Origin: an uncultured virus (IMG/VR IMGVR_UViG_3300021495_000067)
Taxonomy: Duplodnaviria > Heunggongvirae > Uroviricota > Caudoviricetes
Strand: one strand, 5' to 3'
DNA length: 20,000 nt
Virus record (IMG/VR): IMGVR_UViG_3300021495_000067
A model generated the notes under the pieces. That model searched no databases. It saw only the letters and a list, made by a program, of their open reading frames with translations, and had not been told where the DNA came from. Shown piece after piece: positions 8,696 through 17,183 of this stretch (positions within the stretch are counted from its first letter, which is position 1; every line of letters begins with the position of its first letter). The translations under genes were made by a program, and so were the position numbers.

Positions 8696-9178
8696 TTACC
8701 ACCTGAATATTCCAAATCTTCGCTTTGGGCTCTCTATTTCTTTTACTTCTTCCTGTGGCATCTCGGTATTCACTGCTCGCTGCTCTACATAACCTGGATA
8801 GCGCTGTAACTTCCGCTCTCTATCTTCACCTATTGTTCTGGTCAATACCATTTTAGCAGCGAAAATTATACTATGCTCAATTGCTGTTATTCCTCTCTGT
8901 TTTATATCTCTCGAATTTGCTGCAATACGACATTCCAGTAGCATCATTTCTATTTCCAGCTCTGGCAATATCAAGCTTTTCTGATTGCTATATTGAACAA
9001 CCTTATCAAATATTGTATTTACTGTATGTTTCAAGCATCGCTTATATGATGCTGAGAACCAAGATGAATTTATAGTTTGTATTATTGATGATTTAATTTC
9101 GGCAGGTGTGCCTAACCGTGTAAAGAACTGGAAGGTTTCATTCATAAAAGGTGCATCTATATCCCCTTCTTCTGCCAT
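8696..9178 (-). CDS. Hypothetical protein, 160 aa (start revised to ATG 9178, MAEEGD...)
   Basis: The longer ORF start at 9253 lies inside the terminator hairpin; ends in amphipathic KRRFGIFRW. Confidence 0.75.
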   Translation of the reverse strand: MAEEGDIDAPFMNETFQFFTRLGTPAEIKSSIIQTINSSWFSASYKRCLKHTVNTIFDKVVQYSNQKSLILPELEIEMMLLECRIAANSRDIKQRGITAIEHSIIFAAKMVLTRTIGEDRERKLQRYPGYVEQRAVNTEMPQEEVKEIESPKRRFGIFRW

Positions 9179-9206
9179 TTTTCTTCTTATAATTTTAAAA
9201 ATATTG

Positions 9207-9258
9207 ATAAAAAATGAAAATAAAGAAAGGCATGCCCCTTTAAAAAGAGGCATGCTTT
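9207..9258 (-). terminator. Stem-loop plus U-rich tract downstream of the putative major capsid gene
   Basis: Minus-strand RNA GCAUGCCUCUUU-UU-AAAGGGGCAUGC forms a stem with one G-U pair, followed by CUUUCUUUAUUUUCAUUUUUU. Confidence 0.75.
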
Positions 9259-9276
9259 ATGTTTGTCTCTGTTGGT

Positions 9277-9624
9277 CTATAGACCACCTCCACCTTTCTT
9301 TTCCTCTCTGGCACCCAGCAACATCACTGATGCTATCACCAGTCCAAGAAGCGACACTATTGCAACCAACTTGATAAGTGGTCCAACTGCTCCCCACAAG
9401 CTTACACCAGAAACAATATTCGAATTCGTTGAGTAATTCCACTGTGAAGTGCCTGGTATCGTCACAGCAGATTCTACCTGATAGCCTATCATTGGGACTA
9501 TTTGGAAAATGATAATCAGTGCAGCCATCGCTATACCAACTCCTATGAGTCCCCATACTGTCCCTGTTACACCTCGCTTGTCGTTTTTCACCTTCTTTAT
9601 ATGCTCTGTCAACTTCTCCAACAT
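9277..9624 (-). CDS. Putative major capsid protein of spindle-shaped virus type, 115 aa precursor (start revised to ATG 9624)
   Basis: Charged leader ending KRG|VT, two long hydrophobic helices joined by a polar loop with an NYS sequon, and a charged tail. Flanked by its own promoter, perfect GGAGGTGA RBS and terminator. Confidence 0.75.
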   Translation of the reverse strand: MLEKLTEHIKKVKNDKRGVTGTVWGLIGVGIAMAALIIIFQIVPMIGYQVESAVTIPGTSQWNYSTNSNIVSGVSLWGAVGPLIKLVAIVSLLGLVIASVMLLGAREEKKGGGGL

Positions 9625-9674
9625 GACATTTCTCACCTCCTAACTTTTTCTACAATATAAATATTAATCTTATT

Positions 9675-9690
9675 TATATAAAAAGGTTTA
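9675..9690 (-). promoter_or_regulatory. BRE/TATA promoter of the putative major capsid gene
   Basis: TAAACCTTTTTATATA on the minus strand about 50 bp upstream of the ATG. Confidence 0.7.
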
Positions 9691-9708
9691 TACCAAATAT
9701 ACAAAAAA

Positions 9709-9975
9709 TCACCATCTTCTTTGGTTAGCTATGATAACAAAGAATGAAATACTTAAAGCTATTGCTACTGCTACAAGTATGTAAGGCAGTAACTGCATAA
9801 TTGAAATAGATGCTATTGCTGAATTTGTTGTTGCATTCCATTGTGCCTGATAAGGATTGCCTGACATATTCACTACATTTTCCAATACTGATAAGGATGA
9901 TACACCATACATCGTTATAAAGATTACTGCGATAATGAGCATTACAATTCCCAACAATGCACTCCAGTATCTCAT
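9709..9975 (-). CDS. Putative minor capsid protein, paralogue of 9277..9624
   Basis: Two hydrophobic helices; loop QWNATTNSAIASISI matches QWNYSTNSNIVSGVSL. Confidence 0.7.
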   Translation of the reverse strand: MRYWSALLGIVMLIIAVIFITMYGVSSLSVLENVVNMSGNPYQAQWNATTNSAIASISIMQLLPYILVAVAIALSISFFVIIANQRRW

Positions 9976-10027
9976 TTTCTTTTTCTCCTATTTTATTATA
10001 AAAACTTGTAACTTATAAAACTTTTAG

Positions 10028-10654
10028 TTATTGCACTGCACCACGAATACGTTCTATTACTATCTCAATCACGAGCATTACAACATAAGCTACCATAACT
10101 ATTGCAATACCATTAAGCAGTAATGCAACATCAGGCATCTCTATTGGATAGAGTAATGCACGATGTGCCAAAATAAAACTTAGAAATACTGAGAATAAGC
10201 CAATTACTATATTACCATATACACGATTTCGTGTATTTGTAAAGAAAAACAGAATCAAAACAAAATCTAATATCAATAGAACAAGAAATATCCATAATGT
10301 TATATTCCCCCGCTTAACTAATAATTGGTGATAATTGAGTTCATAATCACTATATAGAGTGTCTAATGTTATGTTTGCATTCATTACATCTGCACCTGAG
10401 ACTGTTACAATTGTTGAGTTTGTTGTATAGCCTTCTTTTGAGGCTGTAATCTGATATGTGCCATCTGGTAATGACAAACTATAAAATCCAGAACTATCAG
10501 TAATTGCTGTATCTGAGGTTATATTATTTGCAATATTTGCATTTTTAACGGGATTATTATCAGGAAGTTTGACATAACCTGAAACTTCATAGCCTGCTAC
10601 TGGGCTGAGCAGTAAAAAAATGAGCAATATAGATATAACCACTTCTTTTTTCAT
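10028..10654 (-). CDS. Signal peptide + carboxypeptidase-regulatory-like (transthyretin-like) domain + 3 C-terminal TM helices
   Basis: VSGYV..PVKNANI..TDSSGFYSLSLPDGTYQITASKEGY signature; hydrophobic C-terminus. Confidence 0.85.
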   Translation of the reverse strand: MKKEVVISILLIFLLLSPVAGYEVSGYVKLPDNNPVKNANIANNITSDTAITDSSGFYSLSLPDGTYQITASKEGYTTNSTIVTVSGADVMNANITLDTLYSDYELNYHQLLVKRGNITLWIFLVLLILDFVLILFFFTNTRNRVYGNIVIGLFSVFLSFILAHRALLYPIEMPDVALLLNGIAIVMVAYVVMLVIEIVIERIRGAVQ

Positions 10655-10664
10655 TTTTTTTTTA

Positions 10665-11639
10665 TTATTTCAGTTCCCAAAATTCTGCTGCTCTATCCCA
10701 TAATCTTTTAAGGACATCCATACCTTCTTTATTACCATAATAAGGATTCTCTGCCTTCCTTCCTTGATATGATTGCGCAGTTACTTGTTGTTCTGGTATT
10801 CTCTTTATTTTTCCATTTCTGAATACCAAATTTTTTACAGGTATATCAGGATGCCTAAGTGCATAATTAATAAATTTCTTTTCTTTTTCTTCAGTAAGCT
10901 GTTTCTTATAAACTTTGTATTTGCTACCATAACCTTCTAACTTTTTAGCATATCGTTCCCATACCTTTAAAGCCTTCTCTGCTCGTTTTATTCGTGCTAA
11001 TGTTGCCTTTGCTCTTACTCGTTTTGATGTGATAAGCATTTTTGCTGTATTAACAAAATCCACAATGTCTTTTACTGCTCGCTCAGGTTTGGGCCCAAAT
11101 CTTTTCTCTTTAGGGTCGTATGCCATAACTGAATTGGCTTTTCTCAAAAGCTGGTCGGCTAATTTCTGGATTTTTATGCCTTCTTCATCATAAGGAGGAA
11201 GAGTTGAACCATAGACATCGTAATCACCATAGAACATACCTATCTGGTGTATATCTACTGCATCAACCCATTCGCCTTTCAGTTTTACTTGAACTGCATA
11301 TCTTCTCCTTCCTGGACTTGATATTATTCGCACTGGCAGTTTTGAATAGCGCTGAAATATTGCTTTTATTTCTAATGCAGCCTGTCTCGGATTCTTAACT
11401 GCCAAATCAATATCTCGTGTCTCTCTGTATTTGAACATCTGCCCACGCATAGGCAGAGAGCCATAAACCACATGCTCAGGATGGGCTTTTAACCATTTCT
11501 CTATCTCTCTCCCTACTGCTAATGGTATTGTTACTGCTTTTGATGCTTTGAATGGTCGCCTTACCAATGTTCTCGCTGTTGATGCTATTTTTACCAGTTC
11601 CAAACCCGCTTTATAAAGTTCTCGTTCTGATTGTTTCAT
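10665..11639 (-). CDS. Pol-beta superfamily nucleotidyltransferase (AbiEii/MenT-like or viral poly(A) polymerase-like)
   Basis: hhYGS motif (VVYGSL), RETRDIDL (DxD), third acidic residue in AVDIH, and downstream RK..R..KD.hD motif. Confidence 0.8.
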   Translation of the reverse strand: MKQSERELYKAGLELVKIASTARTLVRRPFKASKAVTIPLAVGREIEKWLKAHPEHVVYGSLPMRGQMFKYRETRDIDLAVKNPRQAALEIKAIFQRYSKLPVRIISSPGRRRYAVQVKLKGEWVDAVDIHQIGMFYGDYDVYGSTLPPYDEEGIKIQKLADQLLRKANSVMAYDPKEKRFGPKPERAVKDIVDFVNTAKMLITSKRVRAKATLARIKRAEKALKVWERYAKKLEGYGSKYKVYKKQLTEEKEKKFINYALRHPDIPVKNLVFRNGKIKRIPEQQVTAQSYQGRKAENPYYGNKEGMDVLKRLWDRAAEFWELK

Positions 11640-11665
11640 TTCAATAATTTAGATAAAATTTATTG

Positions 11666-11677
11666 TATAAAAAGGTT
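11666..11677 (-). promoter_or_regulatory. BRE/TATA promoter of the nucleotidyltransferase, probably giving a leaderless transcript
   Basis: AACCTTTTTATA, identical to the 12-mer at 9677..9688; about 26 bp upstream of the ATG with no RBS. Confidence 0.65.
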
Positions 11678-11826
11678 ATTTGTTGCTGAGCTAACTTCAC
11701 TAATATACTAACTAAGAGATTTCTCTCTAACCTATCAAATTTAAGTTCTAACAAAATTTTTACTTATGCCAAAGAAAAATATTATAACATACAAAAAATT
11801 TTGTCTACGGAAGGAATATGGATAAA

Positions 11827-12159
11827 TCACAACCTCTTTTTCAATTCTTCTAACTCATATTTTATAGATTCCAAATCTCTTCTTATTGGATTGTTGTGCT
11901 CATACATTTGCCAGTTCGTGAAGGATATTTCAGATGGTAACATAACAGCCCATTCAAAAATCATTACTACCACTACCACAGCCACCATACTCAATAAAAA
12001 TAGCCAGAATGGGATATAAAAATATTTTTTTATCACTACCACATACGAAGTGCTTGCAAGCATCAGAAAGTTCAGAATTGAGATATAGAACGAAGACCGT
12101 GCCAGAAGTAGTTTTAAGCCACCAATATATTTTATTCGTTTCTGTTTCGGTATTTTCAT
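11827..12159 (-). CDS. Small two-TM protein with C-terminal coiled coil
   Basis: Two hydrophobic helices followed by IRRDLESIKYELEELKKRL. Confidence 0.75.
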   Translation of the reverse strand: MKIPKQKRIKYIGGLKLLLARSSFYISILNFLMLASTSYVVVIKKYFYIPFWLFLLSMVAVVVVVMIFEWAVMLPSEISFTNWQMYEHNNPIRRDLESIKYELEELKKRL

Positions 12160-12170
12160 TTCTATTAACC

Positions 12171-13163
12171 CTATTTTATGATTTCTTTAAACACTTCAAT
12201 CCAGTTCCAATCATTACAAGTTAAACTATAAAACTCTCCGCTACAATTCTCAAGAAAATCCTTCAAATTTGTTTTTTCATTATTTTCAATCTTATTAACA
12301 CTGAAATCATCGTTGAAATAAGAATAAGCCCAAATCAGAGGATTATTGATTCTTCCGAGCGAATAGCTATTGATATTAGTTATCTTCTCTGTGAGTTCTG
12401 ATAAACTCAACTTTTTAATTCTTTTTGGTCCTATCTCAACTGTAACTACCATATCTACCTTCGCACTGGCTTTGGTTGGATATAAATCGGCTAATTTAAG
12501 GGTTGGAGGTTTGGTCACTCTTTCAACAGCCTTATTAAGATGGTTTATTTTTCCTTTTATTAACTTTCGATAGAATTTCCATCGTCCTATGTCAGAGGGT
12601 TTTATGAACTTCAGAAAATCTTCATATCCAATCGCCGAAGGGAAACCCGTAAGGAATGCATAGCCTTTGTTATTAATCAGAACTGTATCATCGCTTATGT
12701 ATTTCCATCCTTCTTTGAGAAATTGCAATGTGGAGAGCGTTTTTCCTACATTTGGATATGCAGCTATCAAGATTGTCATATCATCACTGGATACACATGC
12801 GGCATGAACATAGAGGTTTCCTTTCTGGATTTGATGAATTCTGTCAATACTACCGATGAGGTTCTGGATACTCTGTCGAGAACGAGGAGGATAGAACTTA
12901 TCGAGCCACAGACATGACTTTGTAACCTGTAACTCCGTTTCTCCTAACAAATTTTTCAGGTATATCTGATTTTTCAACCCCAAAAATACATCCTCGAAGT
13001 ATATAAAATCTTCGTTCTGTCGTCCATAGAACCAGAAATCGAGACGAGAGCAGCCCTGCTTGTAGTTACTATCTATTGTTTTTACAACCTCAAATTTCAT
13101 TTTCTCTTTATATTTTTCCATCATCTTCCTATAAAAATTTTTAAGCTCTTTATTCTCCATCAT
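12171..13163 (-). CDS. HprK-related P-loop kinase
   Basis: VHAACV..ILIAAYPNVGKT..GWKYISDDTVLI matches the HPr kinase-like HA..GKT..SDD signature. Confidence 0.8.
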   Translation of the reverse strand: MMENKELKNFYRKMMEKYKEKMKFEVVKTIDSNYKQGCSRLDFWFYGRQNEDFIYFEDVFLGLKNQIYLKNLLGETELQVTKSCLWLDKFYPPRSRQSIQNLIGSIDRIHQIQKGNLYVHAACVSSDDMTILIAAYPNVGKTLSTLQFLKEGWKYISDDTVLINNKGYAFLTGFPSAIGYEDFLKFIKPSDIGRWKFYRKLIKGKINHLNKAVERVTKPPTLKLADLYPTKASAKVDMVVTVEIGPKRIKKLSLSELTEKITNINSYSLGRINNPLIWAYSYFNDDFSVNKIENNEKTNLKDFLENCSGEFYSLTCNDWNWIEVFKEIIK

Positions 13164-14099
13164 AGTTCTATATTTAAAATAAATTGAGAATTTTTATCTG
13201 TTTCATATGCATTAAGGAAAGGGGAATAAGTTTTTACATATACCTTGTTTTCAGTAGGAACAAATCTTAATATTCTTAGATATCCATTACCACCATTTGG
13301 TCTATCTTGGTAATTAGCTACCATCTGATGGACTAATCTACCATCTATTTGAGTAGTATTTAGTGCTTCTCCATGAAGATGTCCATTTAAAATCATTATT
13401 ATATTAGTATTAGGCACTACTAATTTTTCGTAGATTTCTTTTTCACAGTTTTCACATCCTGCTTCTTTTTGTCTTCGGCAAAAATTTTTATCAAATAAGC
13501 CAATACATATGCGTAACTATAATAGCTTTTCTATCTTTATAAGTCCCTAAGGTCTGATTAGCCCAATTTAATATCTCATTAGAAGGGCAATACTCTAAAT
13601 TAAGGATAATATAATTTCCTCCACTTACATTGATTAATTGGTAGCTATTTCTATTTGCGGGGCTGAAACTACCTCCATACCATTCATAACTTGAAAACCT
13701 TAAGGCAGGAAATGTAGAATTGTATAAAGCAGATGCCCCCGTTGTGAGATTCATATCGTGATTACCTGGAAGAATAGAATAAGGGACTATCCCATCTAAT
13801 ATACTCATACTTGTATTTGCCCTCTGCCACTGGGTTATATTGTTATAGTCCTGCACTATATCTCCTTCATGCGCAACAAAAACAATATTTAACTTCTTTT
13901 TATTATTCACTACCCATTGAGTTTGGTTAGTAAAGATTTCTGGATAACTTTCTGAGTATTTTTGAGTATCAGGTAAAACCATTATAGTGAAAGATTTATC
14001 TGAATAAGACATATCTAAATAAATACATGCAACTGTGCACACCAGTATACAGAAACAGAGAGAAATGATTATCCTCAAGTGCCTATCTCTTGTAAACAT
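13160..14099 (-). pseudogene. Calcineurin-like metallophosphoesterase with N-terminal TM, split by a +1 frameshift near 13502 (or a sequencing error)
   Basis: Motifs DTQ, GDIV, GNHD and VTH lie in 13491..14099; GHLH lies in the next frame, which is open from about 13515 to 13160. Confidence 0.8.
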
Positions 14100-15669
14100 A
14101 TACACACCTATTTATATCATCGCACCATTCATATTCCCTTATCGAATTCATTTTCTTATGTGTTATTATATAAACCGTTGAATTGGAAGAGTTTATATCT
14201 CCATAAGGAATTAATCTATCCGACCAAAAGCATAAATTATAATAGACACCACCTCCCCAGAAATCTCTGTATAAATCCTTATCGAAAATTATTTTTCCAT
14301 CTATTGAATCAATATAATCACCTACTCCTCGCATTCTATACCAATAACTACCCCACCCAGATACTTCTTGGATAGTTACATAATTTCCATAGATAAAGAG
14401 ACATAATGCAAGGAGTATTTCTCCATAAGTAACGATTTGCTTTCGATATTTCTTTATTCTAAGTAAATAAATTATTAGAGCAGTAGTAGCTTCCACAACA
14501 CCAATTGTAACAAATTTATTTAAATAAGCATAGAGAAGAGTTATTTCACCCCAATGGTTTCCATCCTTAAGTCCTGTAAAAAAGGCAATACAAATAGCCA
14601 CAGCCATAAAAGAGTCAGCAACATATATCAAATCCTCTATTGGAATTATTTTTCTCCCTGTGAATTGATGAATAAACTTTATACCTACAATAAAAATCAA
14701 AGGTATAAGGAAAAACACATATCTACATCTTATAGTTGGCTCTCCTGGCAGAAATAATCCGCAGATAGCACAAACTATAATTATAGATAGCCATAAGAAA
14801 GCTACTAATGTTTTAGTTAGATTGTCAGAAATACTCTTTGAAAAAAGTTTGAATAACAAGGCAATACTGAGAACACCAAATATTAGCCCTGAACCAAGAA
14901 TTAAAGTATCAAAATGAGCAATGAACATACTGAGAATGTTAGAACCAAATCCTTCTTTAAATGCTGAAACTGTTGGACATGTCACTGAATAACCCATAAC
15001 CCCGTATTCGGTGAAACCGAAATTTAATGCATTGTAGATAAAATAAGGCGCAGCTACGAGAGTTCCTATAAGAAAATACTTATTTACATTCTTTCTTAAA
15101 ACCAGCGTTGTAAGAAGATATGCTGGGATAAGAAATAAGCCAAGTATCTTTGTCAGGATAAGCAATCCTGCAAAAAATCCTCCTGCATAGCCACAAATCT
15201 TATTTTCCGTCTGTTCATATTTGAAAATAAAAAATACTAATGTAAGGAAGAGAATCAAAAATAATCCCTCTGGTCGAATTAAAAAACTTCCATGGACAAA
15301 ATGCGTAGGTATAAGGGCTGAAAGGATAGCAACCAAAAATGCCTCAAAATTGCTTAGAAATATCTTTGCGAGATAGAAAGCTGGAAATATCGCAAATGAT
15401 GAAATAAGTATGTTTATCAGCTTTATAAGCTGGTATTTTGTTTCAATATCGGTTACGAAAAAATGAAGAGGATAAAAAAGCAAGGGAAAAAGAGGAGGAT
15501 AACGAAAATTAAATATTCTACCAGCAAGAGGTTGCTTTGAAAAGAAGTAATACCCAATTTCATCACATATACAAGGTGAAAGAAAATCTCTTGAAAGAAT
15601 GATTTTACATACAACTATAACAATATAAATTGTTATGAGAGATACTTTCCATCTGTTATTTTCCTCCAT
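14083..15669 (-). CDS. Polytopic GT-C glycosyltransferase (ArnT/PMT-like)
   Basis: DE..Y after TM1, YPPLFP, RPEGL, LTK and RY..F motifs; roughly a dozen TM helices and a soluble C-terminal domain. Confidence 0.85.
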   Translation of the reverse strand: MEENNRWKVSLITIYIVIVVCKIILSRDFLSPCICDEIGYYFFSKQPLAGRIFNFRYPPLFPLLFYPLHFFVTDIETKYQLIKLINILISSFAIFPAFYLAKIFLSNFEAFLVAILSALIPTHFVHGSFLIRPEGLFLILFLTLVFFIFKYEQTENKICGYAGGFFAGLLILTKILGLFLIPAYLLTTLVLRKNVNKYFLIGTLVAAPYFIYNALNFGFTEYGVMGYSVTCPTVSAFKEGFGSNILSMFIAHFDTLILGSGLIFGVLSIALLFKLFSKSISDNLTKTLVAFLWLSIIIVCAICGLFLPGEPTIRCRYVFFLIPLIFIVGIKFIHQFTGRKIIPIEDLIYVADSFMAVAICIAFFTGLKDGNHWGEITLLYAYLNKFVTIGVVEATTALIIYLLRIKKYRKQIVTYGEILLALCLFIYGNYVTIQEVSGWGSYWYRMRGVGDYIDSIDGKIIFDKDLYRDFWGGGVYYNLCFWSDRLIPYGDINSSNSTVYIITHKKMNSIREYEWCDDINRCVYVYKR

Positions 15670-15699
15670 ACATCACTCCTATTATCTTATATATATCAA

Positions 15700-16461
15700 T
15701 TAGAGCCTGCCTCCTATCTTTTTTATAATTATTCGTGGTAAATCTCGCTTTGTAAGAATAGAAAACTTAACAAGAAGGTATCTTATTGCTGAATTGGTCT
15801 TTATCTTTTCCCAACTTGTGATTTTTCTCGGTATAACTCTTAACTTATCTTTTTCGTTTACTATATGGTCTATTCTTACAAATATACCCCGTTTAATCTT
15901 AAATCCTCTTTGAATAGCACCATACTCAAACATCCATCCATCTTCGATTATATTTGGCATATTTGGAGAAGAAGGAAAAATCAGGCAATTGAACTCAACT
16001 TTTTCAAGAACTTTTCTTCTTATTAAAGCACAGCCTAAGCTATATCCGAGCCTATGATTCTTCTTCATATAGCCACTCATAACAATATCATAATTTTTTA
16101 TCTCATCCATAAGTATGGATATGAGGTTGGAGTCATAAATCATATCAGCATCAACTGAAAGGAAATAATCAGCATCGCTCTTTAAAAAATAGCTATGAAC
16201 AACATTTCTTCCCTCCACCATATCCAGAATTCTAATTTTATTTCCAGTAAATATATCAGTATCAATAATCACTGGCTTCTGGTATTTAATAATTTTGCAT
16301 TTTAGCTCTCTGGGAATATCTATTCTGAAATTATCATCACTTGTTGAGATTACGAGCTCAGAATCAGGATATTTCTTTTGTATTTCTTTTTGATTACTCA
16401 AAAACTCTTTGAGGATATAGACAGGCAATTTTGCGAGTGTTGTTCCAATAATTACTTTCAT
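15700..16461 (-). CDS. GT-A fold (GT2-like) glycosyltransferase
   Basis: GRN..DADYFLSVDADM (DxD), GCALIRRKVLE, ED..F motifs. Confidence 0.85.
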   Translation of the reverse strand: MKVIIGTTLAKLPVYILKEFLSNQKEIQKKYPDSELVISTSDDNFRIDIPRELKCKIIKYQKPVIIDTDIFTGNKIRILDMVEGRNVVHSYFLKSDADYFLSVDADMIYDSNLISILMDEIKNYDIVMSGYMKKNHRLGYSLGCALIRRKVLEKVEFNCLIFPSSPNMPNIIEDGWMFEYGAIQRGFKIKRGIFVRIDHIVNEKDKLRVIPRKITSWEKIKTNSAIRYLLVKFSILTKRDLPRIIIKKIGGRL

Positions 16462-17183
16462 TTTTCTGCATATAATTTACCTATATATCTGAAATTACAT
16501 GAATAACTCGGTTTTATAGTTACCGAAAATCCATTGGCTTTTAGTTGTGAAACAAGTTTCCATAAGTTATTACTGATTTGAGTATGATACTCCATCTCAA
16601 TCATTCTTATATCTTTGAAATCGTTACAACTCATAAAACCATTCCATTCACAACCTTCACAATCACACTTTATGTATGTAGGAGCTGGATTAAGCTCAGA
16701 TAGTAAAGTTTGTAAACTCTTGCTCTCTATAACTTTGCTCATAGCCCAATAATCACATTCTTCTTCACCATCTCTACCAAATGCTATCGGTAAAACTTCT
16801 ATGTTACTCACATTTCTTGTATTTTCAATAAGAATATCTATCAGTAATGGCTCGATACTATAAACTTTTTTCGCTACTTTCGCTACAAGTAATGAGTATA
16901 GTCCTGCTCCTGCTCCTATGTCCAAAACAATATCATCATCATTAATCTTTTGAAAAAAATAATCATTTAGGACTTCTATGTGGTCGAATTTCTCAACTTG
17001 TATGTCCTTATCTAATAATAGCTTCAGCATCCATTCCATTGTATCTTTTTTTATGATTATTTTTCCCTTATTAAGCAGTATATTATCAATTCTTTTCTGA
17101 AATACTGCATATATAGAAGAAAAAATGTCGTGAGTCTCTTTTATTCCTCTTGTAAAAGTTAAAAAAGCTTTAATTAAATTCAT
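16458..17183 (-). CDS. FkbM-family SAM-dependent methyltransferase
   Basis: VLDIGAGAGLYS, VYSIEP, YIKCDCEGCE and EMEYH motifs. Confidence 0.88.
   Translation of the reverse strand: MNLIKAFLTFTRGIKETHDIFSSIYAVFQKRIDNILLNKGKIIIKKDTMEWMLKLLLDKDIQVEKFDHIEVLNDYFFQKINDDDIVLDIGAGAGLYSLLVAKVAKKVYSIEPLLIDILIENTRNVSNIEVLPIAFGRDGEEECDYWAMSKVIESKSLQTLLSELNPAPTYIKCDCEGCEWNGFMSCNDFKDIRMIEMEYHTQISNNLWKLVSQLKANGFSVTIKPSYSCNFRYIGKLYAEK

Noticed and set aside
9257..9556. 99-aa alternative-frame ORF overlapping the capsid gene
   Set aside because: Nested in a better-supported gene; no RBS or recognisable motif.
1294..9975. Cellular type IV pilus or archaellum operon
   Set aside because: The pilin-like leaders are followed by a second hydrophobic helix, not a globular head; there is no PilB/VirB11-type ATPase or TadC platform, and the context is viral.
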